Assembly: GCF_006345805.1 (NCBI RefSeq)
Contig: NW_021834493.1
Span: 1 to 49,207, forward strand
DNA length: 49,207 nt
Reading direction: 5' to 3'
DNA from: Octopus sinensis
Taxonomy: Eukaryota
Below the pieces are notes generated by a model. It searched no databases and was not told the DNA's origin. It saw only the letters and a list, made by a program, of their open reading frames with translations. The position numbers and the translations under genes are program-made. Of the stretch, positions 48,201 through 49,207 are shown in pieces. Every line of letters starts with the position of its first letter. The stretch's first letter is position 1.

Positions 48201-48851
48201 TATATATTACACTATATATACATACACACATACACGTACCACACACACTGTAGAGACATATTCTGATCAAATCCACTGTAAGTCAACATGTTCTCCTAAC
48301 GGATTATCAAGGATTTTGTCCACATTGACAATCCCTCATTAATAACTCTTTATATGGGTGTGTGTCTGTGTGTATGTATATATATATATGTGCATGTGTG
48401 CATGTATGTGTATGTATGTGTGTGTGTTTGTATGTATTAATGTATGTAGCGTGTGTATATATATATGTATGTGTGTGCGTGTGTGTATGTATTTATGTAT
48501 GCATGTGTATGTGTGTGCTTGTGTGTGTGTGCATATGTATGTGTGTATTTGTGTGTGTGTGTGTGTGTGTATCATCATCATTATCGTGCATTGTCCATCT
48601 TCCATGCTGGGTTGGGTTGGACATTCTCACAAGATGCAATGAATCAGAACTGAACCAAGTTCCAATGTTTGCTTTAGCATCATTTCTAAACACACACACA
48701 CACACACACACACACATTCAACACACACTCACACACACACACACATATATATATATACACATACACATATATATTTATATATATATACATATATGTATGT
48801 GTGTATATAAATATATATATATATGTACACATACATATATATGTGTATATA

Positions 48852-49060
48852 TCATCATCATCATCATCATCATCATCGTTTAGCGTCCGTTTTCCATGCT
48901 AGCATGGGTTGGACGGTTCTACTGGGGTCTGTGAAGCCAGAAGGCTTCATCAGGCCCAGTCAGATCTGGCAGTGTTTCTACGGCTGGATGCCCTTCCTAA
49001 CGCCAACCACTCCGTGAGTGTAGTGGGTGCTTTTAACGTTTGCCACCGCACTGGTGCCAG
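48852..49060 (-). mobile_element. Family B 3' part
   Basis: (CAT)n tail and ggctggatgcccttcctaacgccaaccactcc. Confidence 0.85.
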
Positions 49061-49207
49061 ACAGATATATATATATATAATATATATATAATATATATAT
49101 ATACACATACATATTATGAGTGTGCATGTGTTTGGTGATTTTATTATATGGATTCATAAGAATCTAGGTGCACCAACCCATAGGATGCCAGTTCTGGGTT
49201 CAGTCCC

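Overview
AT-rich eukaryotic DNA saturated with microsatellites. It is most likely an octopus (coleoid cephalopod) genome; this is inferred from the protocadherin style and the tRNA-derived SINE families. The only confident host gene is a protocadherin on the minus strand. Its single large exon (acceptor at 28634, ATG 28605, donor after 26194) encodes a signal peptide, 6 cadherin repeats, a TM helix and the start of the cytoplasmic tail. Candidate 5' exons lie upstream and a candidate terminal exon downstream. The rest is repeats: about five SINE families, decayed Helitron, RLE-type LINE, RTE, CR1-like and Penelope-like RT fragments, three Tc1/mariner remnants, and a 36-bp minisatellite grown inside a mariner. 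Almost all ORF-track entries are microsatellite artefacts. The most unusual signal is a set of hammerhead ribozyme motifs from four sequence families. Two long palindromes (32160-32448 and 41806-42431) each carry a type I hammerhead in both arms, one per strand. In both families the stem II region is 60 nt and contains AATAAAGCC upstream of the cleavage site. Further degenerate hammerhead families and a Penelope-like RT remnant suggest a Penelope/retrozyme-type system. All folds were derived by hand and none of the ribozymes has been tested for activity.
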